From a virus (Duplodnaviria > Caudoviricetes): a stretch of DNA of 39,554 nucleotides. Within the stretch, counting starts at the first letter, position 1, and the number at the start of each line of letters is the position of its first letter. The stretch is from positions 1 through 39,554 of IMG/VR virus record IMGVR_UViG_3300016672_000078; one strand, written 5' to 3'. Of this stretch, positions 1-7,948 are shown piece after piece. The notes under the pieces are model-generated. The model searched no databases. It worked only from the letters and a program-made list of their open reading frames with translations, and had not been told where the DNA came from. The position numbers were made by a program, and so were the translations under genes.

Positions 1-1218
1 GACGGCATCGTCAGCCCGCAGGAAATCCACCACCTGCAGGCCCAGGCCATGAACACCCTCGGCAAGAACCCGCTGCTGAAGAAGGCGGCATTCGTGTGGG
101 GTGCGCTGTTCAGCCTGGCAGAGCAGTTCAACCGGCGCGTGAGCTTCGTGGCCGCCTACGAGACGGCCAAGCAGCAGGGCATCGCCGACCCGTTCGGCTT
201 CGCGGAGAAGGCCGTCATCGAGACGCAGGGCCTCTACAACAAGGGCAACAAGGCCAACGTGGCGCGTGGGGCCGTCGGCGCGACGGTGATGACGTTCAAG
301 CAGTTCAGCACGCACTACCTGGAATTCCTGGTGCGCATGTGGAAGTCCGGCCCCGAGGGCAAGAAGGCCGTCGCGGTGGCGCTGGCGCTGCTGATCCTGA
401 TGGGCGGCGCCGGCGGGCTCCCGTTCGCTGACGACCTGGACGACCTGATCGACACCCTCGGTCAAGCCATGGGGTACGACACCAACTCGAAGCGCTGGAA
501 GCGGCAGTTCGTCGCGCAGACCCTGGGCCTTGGCGATGCCGTGGCCGACGTGGCGACGCGCGGCCTGACGGCTGCCCCGGGCTTCCCGCTGGATTTGTCC
601 CTGCGGATGGGCATGGGCAACCTGCTGCCGGCCACGGGCCTGTTCCTGCGCTCGAACACCGACACGGCCCGGCAACTGCTGGAAGTGGCGGGCGCGGCCG
701 GCGGCCTGGCGGCGAACGTCAAGGACGGCGTGACCAAGGCCATGGGCGACGATCTCGCGGCCGGCGCCATGAGCGCCATGCCGGTGGCGGTGCAGAACAT
801 CGCCAAGGCGATCCAGATGGCGCAGACCGGCGAGTACCGGAACGCCAAGGGCGCCAAGGTGATGGACGTGGATGTGACCGACGCCGTGATGAAAGGCATC
901 GGCTTCCAGCCCGCCCAGGTGGCGCGCGAGTCCGGCCGCGTGGGCGAGGCCATGCGCAGCATCCAGCTCGCCAAGAACGTTGAGGGCGAAATCGCCGGCC
1001 GCTGGGCTCAGGCGATGGTCGACCAAGACCCCGAGGGCGTGGCGGCGGCCAAGAAGCAGCTTGCCGACTGGAACGCGGCCAACCCGACGGCGCCGATCAA
1101 GATCACCATCCCGCAGGTGCTGGCCCGGGTGAAGGCGCTGCGTCAGAGCCGGGCCGACCGGACGGTCAAGGCCGCCCCGAAGGAGATGCGTTCCACGGTC
1201 AAAGAGGCGCTGTCGTGA
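1..1218 (+). CDS. C-terminal part of a large internal virion / DNA ejection protein (PLxRFG-like); 5' truncated by the window
   Basis: Frame open from base 1; motifs AEQFNRRVSFVAAY, TQGLYNKGNK, TFKQF, GGLPF resemble C-termini of large podophage ejection proteins; lies at the end of the virion module. Confidence 0.7.
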   Translation, partial: DGIVSPQEIHHLQAQAMNTLGKNPLLKKAAFVWGALFSLAEQFNRRVSFVAAYETAKQQGIADPFGFAEKAVIETQGLYNKGNKANVARGAVGATVMTFKQFSTHYLEFLVRMWKSGPEGKKAVAVALALLILMGGAGGLPFADDLDDLIDTLGQAMGYDTNSKRWKRQFVAQTLGLGDAVADVATRGLTAAPGFPLDLSLRMGMGNLLPATGLFLRSNTDTARQLLEVAGAAGGLAANVKDGVTKAMGDDLAAGAMSAMPVAVQNIAKAIQMAQTGEYRNAKGAKVMDVDVTDAVMKGIGFQPAQVARESGRVGEAMRSIQLAKNVEGEIAGRWAQAMVDQDPEGVAAAKKQLADWNAANPTAPIKITIPQVLARVKALRQSRADRTVKAAPKEMRSTVKEALS

Positions 1219-1334
1219 GCGGGCTGCTGATCCTGGCCGGCTATGTCGTGCTGATCGCCACGACGGGCTGTCCAGGCCTTCTCGCCGCGGGCGCGCACGT
1301 CTTGGTCATGCTGGCAGCGGTGAACAGGCGATAG
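1215..1334 (+). CDS. 39-aa hydrophobic membrane peptide (MSGLLILAGYVVLIATTGCPGLLAAGAHVLVMLAAVNRR)
   Basis: GTG overlaps the upstream TGA (GTGA); strongly hydrophobic; absent from the ORF track. Confidence 0.55.
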   Translation: MSGLLILAGYVVLIATTGCPGLLAAGAHVLVMLAAVNRR

Positions 1335-1364
1335 GACGCGCCCCGGCGTGGGTGACCCCCCATT

Positions 1365-1528
1365 TCATGGGCCAACGACCAGCGGTCGTTTTCGGCCGAC
1401 GAACGGTAAACCATGAGCTTAGGCCCCAGGGCAGGCCCTGCATGATGGCGATGCCTGCAAAGGCGAAGCCCCCGCCGAGTACCAGTCGGAGGGGGCTTCT
1501 GGGGTGAAACCACTTGAAGGGAAGTTTC
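1365..1528 (+). promoter_or_regulatory. Structured leader with a stem sequestering the RBS of the downstream S24-like gene
   Basis: Stems TCATGG/CCATGA, AACGACC/GGTCGTT, CCCCAG/CTGGGG, GCAGGC/GCCTGC, GAAGCCCCC/GGGGGCTTC, and GAAAC/GTTTC enclosing GAAGGGAA just before GTG 1529. Confidence 0.5.
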
Positions 1529-1870
1529 GTGGGGAATGCTACATCCGCGCGCAGGTTTGGGTCAGCGCTGGAAGTCCCTGATGTTGTGCCTGTCGCCACG
1601 CGGTTCGTGGCCTACGAGGCGCCCGACGGCGCGCTGGCGCCGGCTGTACAGCAGGGTGATGTTGTCGAGTTCGAGCCCGCCACCGAGGGGGCGGCTGGCG
1701 ACGTGGTGATCGTGCAAACGCCTGATGGCCGCATGTGGATGCGGCGGCTTCAGGCCGTGCCGGGCGGCCCCGTGCTCGCGGGGGTGTCAGATCAGAACTA
1801 CCCCGCGTGGACTGCTTTCGTCGTCGTGGCGAAGGCAGTGCGCCGCTGGTGCCGATGCAGCTCGATCTAG
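1529..1870 (+). CDS. Stand-alone, catalytically dead S24/LexA-type C-terminal domain; paralog of the phage CI CTD
   Basis: EAPDGALA..GDVVEF..GDVVIV..GRMWMRR..FVVVA..SSI aligns by eye with CI EVPDDALA..GERIWF..NVVLI..GRRYIRR..FKVVA..SSI; no HTH. Start GTG 1529 preferred over TTG 1514. Confidence 0.7.
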   Translation: MGNATSARRFGSALEVPDVVPVATRFVAYEAPDGALAPAVQQGDVVEFEPATEGAAGDVVIVQTPDGRMWMRRLQAVPGGPVLAGVSDQNYPAWTAFVVVAKAVRRWCRCSSI

Positions 1871-1875
1871 GCCGG

Positions 1876-2073
1876 CTACGGCACCCAATCCGGCGGCTGC
1901 TGGCCAGGCGCGGTAGCAGCGGCAGACAGTCGCTGCAGGAGAGGGTAGGTGGCAAGCGCTGCCGTGACTCGCTCCCTGACGGCGAGCGCTGCGGCCTCGT
2001 TCTTGGCGTCTTGGTCGACGGGTCGACGGCGCTGGATGGCGAGCCGTCGGAAATAGGCACGGTGGGCATTCAT
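1876..2073 (-). CDS. Hypothetical protein (65 aa)
   Basis: ATG-start ORF filling the gap between the S24-like gene and attP. Confidence 0.4.
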   Translation of the reverse strand: MNAHRAYFRRLAIQRRRPVDQDAKNEAAALAVRERVTAALATYPLLQRLSAAATAPGQQPPDWVP

Positions 2074-2131
2074 GGCGCACAGTGTGTGCCTCGCGGTAGC
2101 TCGCTACGTGAGCCCGGCATGCCAAACTCGC

Positions 2132-2155
2132 TGTAGGCATCCGTGTAGGCATCCG
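2132..2155 (+). repeat. Tandem 12-bp repeat TGTAGGCATCCG x2; putative integrase arm-type sites (left arm of attP)
   Basis: Exact direct repeat; related TGT(A/G/C)GGCA copies with the same 12-bp period lie on the other side of the core. Confidence 0.65.
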
Positions 2156-2189
2156 CGCAAAATTGCGGTGCTGTAGCCTTAGCTTCGCC

Positions 2190-2206
2190 TCCCTCCGACT
2201 CCGCCA
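2190..2206 (+). other. attP core identical in form to a tRNA 3' end (TCCCTCCGACTCCGCCA; tRNA-Ser-like)
   Basis: T-stem 3' strand + acceptor strand + G discriminator + CCA with no 5' tRNA half; followed by a terminator; next to a P4-family integrase. Confidence 0.75.
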
Positions 2207-2218
2207 AGAGCATCCAAC

Positions 2219-2243
2219 AAACGCCCGCAATAGCGGGCGTTTT
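2219..2243 (+). terminator. Intrinsic terminator after the att core (would terminate the reconstituted tRNA)
   Basis: AAACGCCCGC-AATA-GCGGGCGTTTT. Confidence 0.75.
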
Positions 2244-2341
2244 CACATGGAAACCCATGGAGAATCAGCGACTTAGGCGCTGAATGTCCCAACGGTTTGC
2301 CACCAAAACCCACAACCGCAAACGCTGCACCACAGGCAGCG

Positions 2342-2362
2342 TGTGGGCAAAAATGTCGGCAT
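2342..2362 (+). repeat. Putative integrase arm-type sites (right arm)
   Basis: TGTGGGCA at 2342 and TGTCGGCAT at 2354; 12-bp period, same motif as 2132-2155. Confidence 0.6.
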
Positions 2363-2902
2363 TCACTTTGGCGCGTCGGAAGGGTGCCCACTTTGCTGCC
2401 GCTCCATTACAAAGCCGTCATGCAGTCGCCGTTTGAGTTCCAGGTACATGGAATGAGCGGCCTCAATCGTCTTGAAGCCTCCGGCCCGCACGACGGTACC
2501 CTTGAAGCGAACCTGCGCCGCCCAAAGGCCGTTGGCTCCGTCAGACATGACTCCGACCAGGCTCGACCTCTGAGCTTTCGTGACGACATGGTTTTGAGAG
2601 TTGATCTGCGCATTGGCATCACGAAGGTTGGCGATGCGGTTGTCGTCACGATTCCCGTTGATGTGGTCAATCTGATCTGCCGGGGGCTTGCCATGGTGCA
2701 TCAGCCAAGCGAGCCGATGGGCGTACACCAACGCCCCGCAAACGCCTATCCGCCGATAGCCACTTCTATGAACGCTGCCGGCCTGCGCCCCTGCTTTCGC
2801 GTGCCCGCCCGAATCCTTCTTCCAGCGAAACACGCCTGTGTCTGGCTCATAGAGAAGGTTCTCACAAGCCTCCTCATACGAAATGTCATATCTTTTTGCC
2901 AT
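2363..2902 (-). CDS. HNH homing endonuclease with AP2-like C-terminal DNA-binding domain
   Basis: LLYEPDTGVFRW, AHRLAW, IDHINGNRDDNRIANLR; likely start is the ATG at 2902 (track ORF extends into int). Confidence 0.88.
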   Translation of the reverse strand: MAKRYDISYEEACENLLYEPDTGVFRWKKDSGGHAKAGAQAGSVHRSGYRRIGVCGALVYAHRLAWLMHHGKPPADQIDHINGNRDDNRIANLRDANAQINSQNHVVTKAQRSSLVGVMSDGANGLWAAQVRFKGTVVRAGGFKTIEAAHSMYLELKRRLHDGFVMERQQSGHPSDAPK

Positions 2903-2913
2903 GAGCTTTGCCG

Positions 2914-2960
2914 AGTAGGTAGGGCAATAATCAACAAGTCTACCTACTGCGATGCCTACT
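2914..2960. promoter_or_regulatory. Inverted repeat and arm-like sites at the integrase start (possible int autoregulation)
   Basis: AGTAGGTAG (2914-2922) / CTACCTACT (2940-2948); ATGCCTAC at the int start is the reverse complement of arm motif GTAGGCAT. Confidence 0.5.
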
Positions 2961-4100
2961 AACAAGCTGTTGGACTCCAAGATCCGGGCGATAGCCGCGA
3001 CCGACAGACCGCAGAAATTTTTCGACGGCGCTGGACTGTTCCTCTTCGTCAGCCCCAAGGGGGCGAAGGTGTGGCGGCTGGCCTACCGGGTCAACGGCAA
3101 GGCGCAAACCGCGACCATCGGCCCCTACCCCTTGATCGGCCTGGCCGAAGCCCGCAAGAAGCGCGACGAGATCAAGTTGAAGCTCCTGGACGGCGAACCG
3201 CTCGCCAAGCGCGCCAAACGGTCGCTGACGCTCTCCGAAGCCTGCGGGGAATACTGGGGTGGCCGGGACGATCTCAGCGCCTCCTACCTGGCCAACGCGA
3301 AGCGGGCGCTGGAGATGCACATCGAGCCCAAGCTCGGCGCCGTGCCGGTGGCCGAGCTGACCCGCGAGCAGGTGCTCGACGCGCTGAAGGTGATGGACGC
3401 CGCCAAGCTCTACGAGTACGTGCGCAAGACGCGCATGTGGCTATCGCAGGTGTTGGACTGGGCCGTGGAGAACGGCCACGCCGAGGCGAATGTCGCGGCC
3501 ACCATCAAGGCCGACAAGGCTTTCGGCAAAGCCCCGGTGGAGCACTTCGCGGCGGTGTCGCTGCCCGAGGTGCCGGCGCTGATGGAGCGGATCGCGCTGG
3601 AAGGCGAGATTCAGAGCGTGCTCGCCTGCCGGCTGCTGGCGCTGACGTGGACGCGCACGGTCGAGCTGCGCATGATGGAGTGGTCCGAGATCCACGGGGA
3701 CCAGTGGGTCATCCCGGCAGGCAAGATGAAGCGGCGGCGGGAGCACGTCGTCCCGCTGACGGCGCAGGCCATGGAGATCATCGAGAACATGCGCGCTCGC
3801 TCCCGCGGCTCGCCGTATGTGTTCCCAGGGGACCACCGCATCGAGCGGCCCATGAGCGAGAACGCCATCCTCTACCTGCTGCACCGCTGCGGCTACAAGG
3901 GCCGCATGACGGGCCACGGGTTCCGGTCGGTGGCGAGCACGTGGGCCAACGATGCGGGGCACAACCCCGATGCCATCGAACGGCAACTGGCCCACGTGCC
4001 GGCGGACATGACCCGGGCCGCCTACAACCGGGCGGCCTACCTGCCGCAGCGTCGCGCGATGCTGCAGGCGTGGGCCGACTGGCTGATGCCTAGACCTTGA
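2952..4100 (+). CDS. int: Tyrosine integrase, P4/IntA family
   Basis: N-terminal arm-binding domain (DGAGLFLFVSPKGAKVWR..IGPYP); catalytic R (TRTVEL), K (KMK), HGFR, QLAH, AYNR. Confidence 0.96.
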   Translation: MPTNKLLDSKIRAIAATDRPQKFFDGAGLFLFVSPKGAKVWRLAYRVNGKAQTATIGPYPLIGLAEARKKRDEIKLKLLDGEPLAKRAKRSLTLSEACGEYWGGRDDLSASYLANAKRALEMHIEPKLGAVPVAELTREQVLDALKVMDAAKLYEYVRKTRMWLSQVLDWAVENGHAEANVAATIKADKAFGKAPVEHFAAVSLPEVPALMERIALEGEIQSVLACRLLALTWTRTVELRMMEWSEIHGDQWVIPAGKMKRRREHVVPLTAQAMEIIENMRARSRGSPYVFPGDHRIERPMSENAILYLLHRCGYKGRMTGHGFRSVASTWANDAGHNPDAIERQLAHVPADMTRAAYNRAAYLPQRRAMLQAWADWLMPRP

Positions 4101-4269
4101 TGCCGGCCTTGTGCAGAGTGCGGACTTTCCAGCCGCGCGACTGCTGGGTCAGCTCCACGTCCGGCTTCGGCAGCTTGCCGTCCCTGATCCATCGGCGGAT
4201 CGTCTCATCGGACTTCTTGAACAGAGCTGGCAAGTCCGCTCTCCAGATGATCTTCTCAGGGTCAATCAT
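4090..4269 (-). CDS. xis: Excisionase / AlpA-like winged-HTH protein
   Basis: 59 aa, SDETIRRWIRDGKLPKP...GWK; convergent with int and last gene of the early left operon. Confidence 0.75.
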   Translation of the reverse strand: MIDPEKIIWRADLPALFKKSDETIRRWIRDGKLPKPDVELTQQSRGWKVRTLHKAGIKV

Positions 4270-4325
4270 TTGATATCCGATCACTTGAGGCGTTATGTTG
4301 GCGGTTTGTGGCAGGCACATGGGGA

Positions 4326-4721
4326 TCAGCGTCGGGGCGCAGCCGGTAGCGGCATCCAATGCGTCGGCTTGCACCGCTTCTCGCCCATGTGGTCGTGGTT
4401 CAGCATCAGGCTCGACCAAGGGTTGTCGGGCCGGTAGCCGCTGACGTAGACGGGCAGCCACTTGCCGACCCAGGCGCCGCCGCGCGAGCCCAGCAGGATG
4501 GCTGTGCCGTCCTTCGGCGCCGTCTCAATGGGCTGCCACTGCGGGGCCTCAACGTGCCGCCTCAAAGCGATGATGGCCTGCCCCAGCTCTCCAGCCGACT
4601 TGATGGACTGCATATGGATGCCGGGCATGTGGGCCACTTTGCCGGCGTTGTTGGCGTCCATCAGGGCCTGGGATGCCGCGTCTTCCAGGCGCTCGAACAG
4701 GTCGTCAGTCGTGGTGCTCAT
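4326..4721 (-). CDS. DUF551-like phage protein
   Basis: WQPIETAPKDGT...PTHWMPLPAAP signature. Confidence 0.8.
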   Translation of the reverse strand: MSTTTDDLFERLEDAASQALMDANNAGKVAHMPGIHMQSIKSAGELGQAIIALRRHVEAPQWQPIETAPKDGTAILLGSRGGAWVGKWLPVYVSGYRPDNPWSSLMLNHDHMGEKRCKPTHWMPLPAAPRR

Positions 4722-4748
4722 GGTGTTGTGCGTCGGCAGGGGCTTGGA

Positions 4749-4964
4749 TCAGCGCTCGGGAGAGGCGCCGAACTTGATGCGGTCGATTGCGAACCACGCG
4801 CCTTTCGGGTCTTGGTAGACCATCGCGTCGGACACATGCCCGAGGTCAACTTGCTGGCCGTCTTCCAGCAGACCCACGACATGCAGGCCGTGGGGTCCGT
4901 TCTGTAGGTCACAGCCGGCGGCCTCGGCGCGCAGTACGGCAGCGATGCGGTCACGTTGTTTCAT
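4749..4964 (-). CDS. Hypothetical protein
   Basis: ORF MKQRDRIAAVL..., in operon orientation. Confidence 0.55.
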   Translation of the reverse strand: MKQRDRIAAVLRAEAAGCDLQNGPHGLHVVGLLEDGQQVDLGHVSDAMVYQDPKGAWFAIDRIKFGASPER

Positions 4965-4986
4965 GGGCGGGTGCAGGGGATGGTTT

Positions 4987-5499
4987 TCAGGCCGCCGCCA
5001 ACTCGGCGCCCCACGGCACGAGGGCGGTGTCGTAACCAAGCATCAGCGGGTGCTTCGGGTCGCCGCTGGCGGTCAAGCCGAACGTCTTGATCGGCTTGTC
5101 CGCGCCGGAGAGCATCTCCAGCAGGAAAGGGAACCTGGTTCTCAGCGTCGGAGGCACCTTGCTGGTGTTGCCCCAGCAGGGGACGATCACGTCCGCTGCA
5201 ACCGCGGCGCGCATGATGTGCCAGTCGTTCTCGATGCCGATGGCATCGGCTGGCGGCAGCGCGGCGAGCGCTCGCACATCTGTCGAGCGAAATGCGAAGG
5301 CGTTCGCAACGATGAAGCGAGAACCGCCCCAACGCTTCACAAAGCCGATCCACTTGCGCACGGTGGCGTCGTCCTCGGTGGCGTCGGCCGTGCTCGGGTT
5401 GACGCCGATGAAGGCATAGACCGGACCTTCCATGGCGACGGTGCGCTCCAGACGGTAGCGGTAGCGACCGCAAGGGCTGAGGATGGCTGAGCTGGTCAT
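4987..5499 (-). CDS. DUF1643 family protein
   Basis: SPCGRYRYRL, NPSTAD..DDATVR, NAFAFRST, WG, PKHPL motifs. Confidence 0.85.
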   Translation of the reverse strand: MTSSAILSPCGRYRYRLERTVAMEGPVYAFIGVNPSTADATEDDATVRKWIGFVKRWGGSRFIVANAFAFRSTDVRALAALPPADAIGIENDWHIMRAAVAADVIVPCWGNTSKVPPTLRTRFPFLLEMLSGADKPIKTFGLTASGDPKHPLMLGYDTALVPWGAELAAA

Positions 5500-5527
5500 G
5501 TTGATCCTTGGCAATGGGGGATGGGAT

Positions 5528-5956
5528 TCAGAGCTTGGTGGTCCAGCCCGACTGGTCGTCCTCGTCGCACTCGCAGACCATGCGGACCTCTGGCTTCTTC
5601 CATCCCTCGATGCGGCCATCGGCGCCGACCTTGAAGATGATGTAGTCGCCATAGCCGTTGTCGCCGTGGCACAGGAAGTCGCTGGGGACGTAGAAGCCGG
5701 CCCACTTGGCGACGCGGCCGTCCTCGCCGGCCAGCCAGTATTCGCCCGCGTCGCACACCTTGTAGTGCACGTCAGCGGTCGTGCCTTCGGGCCAGCCGAT
5801 GATGGCGCCGTCTTCCAGGCGGATGGTCGGGCACCACTTGTTGCCGAAGCGGAATGGCATCAGCTTGCCCTCGGTGTCTTCCTGGCCGTTCACGCTGGCG
5901 TCTTCCCAGTAGCGGACTTCGGCCTCAACTTCGATGTAGATCGGGTTCATGGTCAT
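5528..5956 (-). CDS. Conserved-looking phage hypothetical protein
   Basis: VRYWEDASVNG..HYKVCDAGEY..YVP..YGDYI; good codon usage. Confidence 0.75.
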   Translation of the reverse strand: MTMNPIYIEVEAEVRYWEDASVNGQEDTEGKLMPFRFGNKWCPTIRLEDGAIIGWPEGTTADVHYKVCDAGEYWLAGEDGRVAKWAGFYVPSDFLCHGDNGYGDYIIFKVGADGRIEGWKKPEVRMVCECDEDDQSGWTTKL

Positions 5957-5987
5957 CCTTTCGATGTGCGACCGGCGGTCATGGGAA

Positions 5988-6224
5988 TCAGAAGGGCATG
6001 TCTTCGCTGCGGCTGTCGGCCGGGCGCATGTCCACCACCAGCACGTCATTGCTGATGCACGCTTGCACCGACTCCAGCACGATGAAGGACTGGCCGCGAT
6101 TGAGGCGGGCCAGCCGTTCGGCTTCGCGTTGAGCCGATACCTTGGTCGGGTGCTTGTACCGAGGTGCCTGGCCTTGCTCGTTCCAGACCATCCAGAAGGG
6201 TTTGTTGTTTGCAGTCGTGTTCAT
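5988..6224 (-). CDS. Hypothetical phage protein
   Basis: FWMVWN..P..KH..SAQREAERLAR; start overlaps the upstream stop. Confidence 0.7.
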   Translation of the reverse strand: MNTTANNKPFWMVWNEQGQAPRYKHPTKVSAQREAERLARLNRGQSFIVLESVQACISNDVLVVDMRPADSRSEDMPF

Positions 6225-6511
6225 GGCTGTGTGTCCTGTGAGGGGATGGAAGTTGGAGCGAGGGAGCCGGCGCCTTTGTGAGGTGTGAACGCCTTGCAGA
6301 CCTCAGAACTCATGACGGCGACCAGTTCGAAGTAGCTATCCGGGTTCTCCTTCACCAGGCGCTCGTATTCGCGCAGGCCGACATGCCGGTGCTTGCTGGT
6401 CATCACGTCCACCAGCCATGCCTTGAAGGCCGTCTTCACCTGCTGGCGAACAACCCACTCGACGCGCAGGTTCTTGATGATCTCGGCCGTCGTGACATCG
6501 ACCTCAGTCAT
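6221..6511 (-). CDS. Hypothetical protein
   Basis: ATGA-coupled with both neighbours. Confidence 0.6.
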   Translation of the reverse strand: MTEVDVTTAEIIKNLRVEWVVRQQVKTAFKAWLVDVMTSKHRHVGLREYERLVKENPDSYFELVAVMSSEVCKAFTPHKGAGSLAPTSIPSQDTQP

Positions 6512-6720
6512 GGGCGCACCTCGCACGGGATCAGCTCATCGGGAACGTTGGCCGTGCCCGCCTCCCAGCGTCGGTACTGCTTCGGCTGGTCCGTCCAGGT
6601 GTGCTCCCGCCAGAACGAATCCGGACGGTTGACCAGCATCATGCCGCACCGCTCGCAGCAGCGGCGCTCACTGCCGTAGGGCTGGCCGTCCTGGGTCATC
6701 AGGTGCAGTGTCACGCTCAT
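6508..6720 (-). CDS. Hypothetical protein with Cys cluster
   Basis: MSVTLHLM..CCERCG; ATGA coupling. Confidence 0.55.
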   Translation of the reverse strand: MSVTLHLMTQDGQPYGSERRCCERCGMMLVNRPDSFWREHTWTDQPKQYRRWEAGTANVPDELIPCEVRP

Positions 6721-7067
6721 GGCTGGCTCCCCTGTACCGGCACATCGAAAATCTGGGCGGCGCGACGAGCCCTGGAGAGGTTCTCCCCGGTGACCGGGTG
6801 GAACGTGGACCGAGAGATTGCCCAGGCCTGCACACGCTTCACCTCGGCCCGGCGAGCCTTGCGGCGCTGGCGCGCGTTCCCGCCAACGGCCAGGCCCTGC
6901 CACTCCAGGTATTCGACGGTGTTGCAGTAGGGGCAAGGCTCATCGCCGCCGCTGGTCAGCCCGTCACCGTCGCCGGAGTCGAGATCCCACATCCAGCCGT
7001 CGATGCACGTTCCGTCCGGGTAGCCAGCGCCGAACGTCGGCGCCTCGTATTGGCAGCCTTTACTCAT
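6717..7067 (-). CDS. Hypothetical Cys-containing protein
   Basis: MSKGCQY..YPDGTCIDGWMWDLDS..CPYCN; ATGA coupling. Confidence 0.65.
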   Translation of the reverse strand: MSKGCQYEAPTFGAGYPDGTCIDGWMWDLDSGDGDGLTSGGDEPCPYCNTVEYLEWQGLAVGGNARQRRKARRAEVKRVQAWAISRSTFHPVTGENLSRARRAAQIFDVPVQGSQP

Positions 7068-7948
7068 GACTTGCTCCCGACGCCGGCATATATGAACGCG
7101 GACCACACGTAGTAGCCGACAGGTTGCAGGCAGCCGCGCGCCTTGTCGTTGTCGGCCTTCTTCTGCATCTCGTCGGCCCAGTAGTTGCGCCAGTCGCCAG
7201 CCTCAGCCCCTACTGCGGCACATGGGACAGGCTGCGCGTAGAGCGGAACGTCGCGCTCGCTGACGGGCAGCTTGGAAACCGTAGGCTCGAAACCCTCGGT
7301 GATGTGCTTCAGCTCATGGCTATCGATCCATGCCACCGGATCAGGTGCAGGCGCGGGGGCTTGAGTTGCCAGTGCAACGCCCGCCATGTAGTCCTTGACC
7401 ATGCTGACCACAACTTGCGGGTCTTCGGTGATCGCCCACTCCTCGCAGTCGCCAATCAGTTCCGCAACCTCGTTGAGCGCCGTGAAAAGCTGACCACGCG
7501 TCGGCGGCTTCTTGGCGCCGCATGTGCATAGGTGCTTGGCGCCCTCATCGTCTTCAAGCATGCCCTCAAGGCAGTCTGGCTCGTGATCGCCATCATCCTG
7601 CTGCGCCGCCTTCCCCTTGGGCTGGGCCTTGGATTGCGCCAGTCGGTCTCGCAGGATGCCGGCCGCGCCATCCAACTCGTCGATCAACGGCCAGCGGAAC
7701 AGGGCGAGCCCGTCGCGAGTGCAGGGGGCCAGCGAGTCGATCAGTTTCGATGCCTCGACCATCAGCGCGGCGGCCATTTCAAGGTCGCGCGCCAAGTCTG
7801 CATGTGCCTCTGCTGGGGTTGGGATCTTGGCCGCGATGAACTCGATCAGCGATAGTTGATCACGCTGCCAGTCCTGCTCGTCGTGGCAGTAACCGAAGCG
7901 TTCGCACAGCAGGCGGTGGAAGTTCTTGAAAGCAAGGTCAGCGGTCAT
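7064..7948 (-). CDS. Mosaic hypothetical early protein (294 aa)
   Basis: FKNFHRLLCERFGY..WQRDQLSLIE N-terminus; PVAW..PLYA module. Confidence 0.65.
   Translation of the reverse strand: MTADLAFKNFHRLLCERFGYCHDEQDWQRDQLSLIEFIAAKIPTPAEAHADLARDLEMAAALMVEASKLIDSLAPCTRDGLALFRWPLIDELDGAAGILRDRLAQSKAQPKGKAAQQDDGDHEPDCLEGMLEDDEGAKHLCTCGAKKPPTRGQLFTALNEVAELIGDCEEWAITEDPQVVVSMVKDYMAGVALATQAPAPAPDPVAWIDSHELKHITEGFEPTVSKLPVSERDVPLYAQPVPCAAVGAEAGDWRNYWADEMQKKADNDKARGCLQPVGYYVWSAFIYAGVGSKS

Noticed and set aside
2170-2210. Possible tRNA gene
   Set aside because: Only the last 17 nt match; no D arm, anticodon arm or TTCGA loop, so it is treated as the att core
2903-3058. N-terminal extension of the HNH ORF overlapping int
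   Set aside because: Homology-like sequence starts at the ATG at 2902; the extension is antisense to the int start
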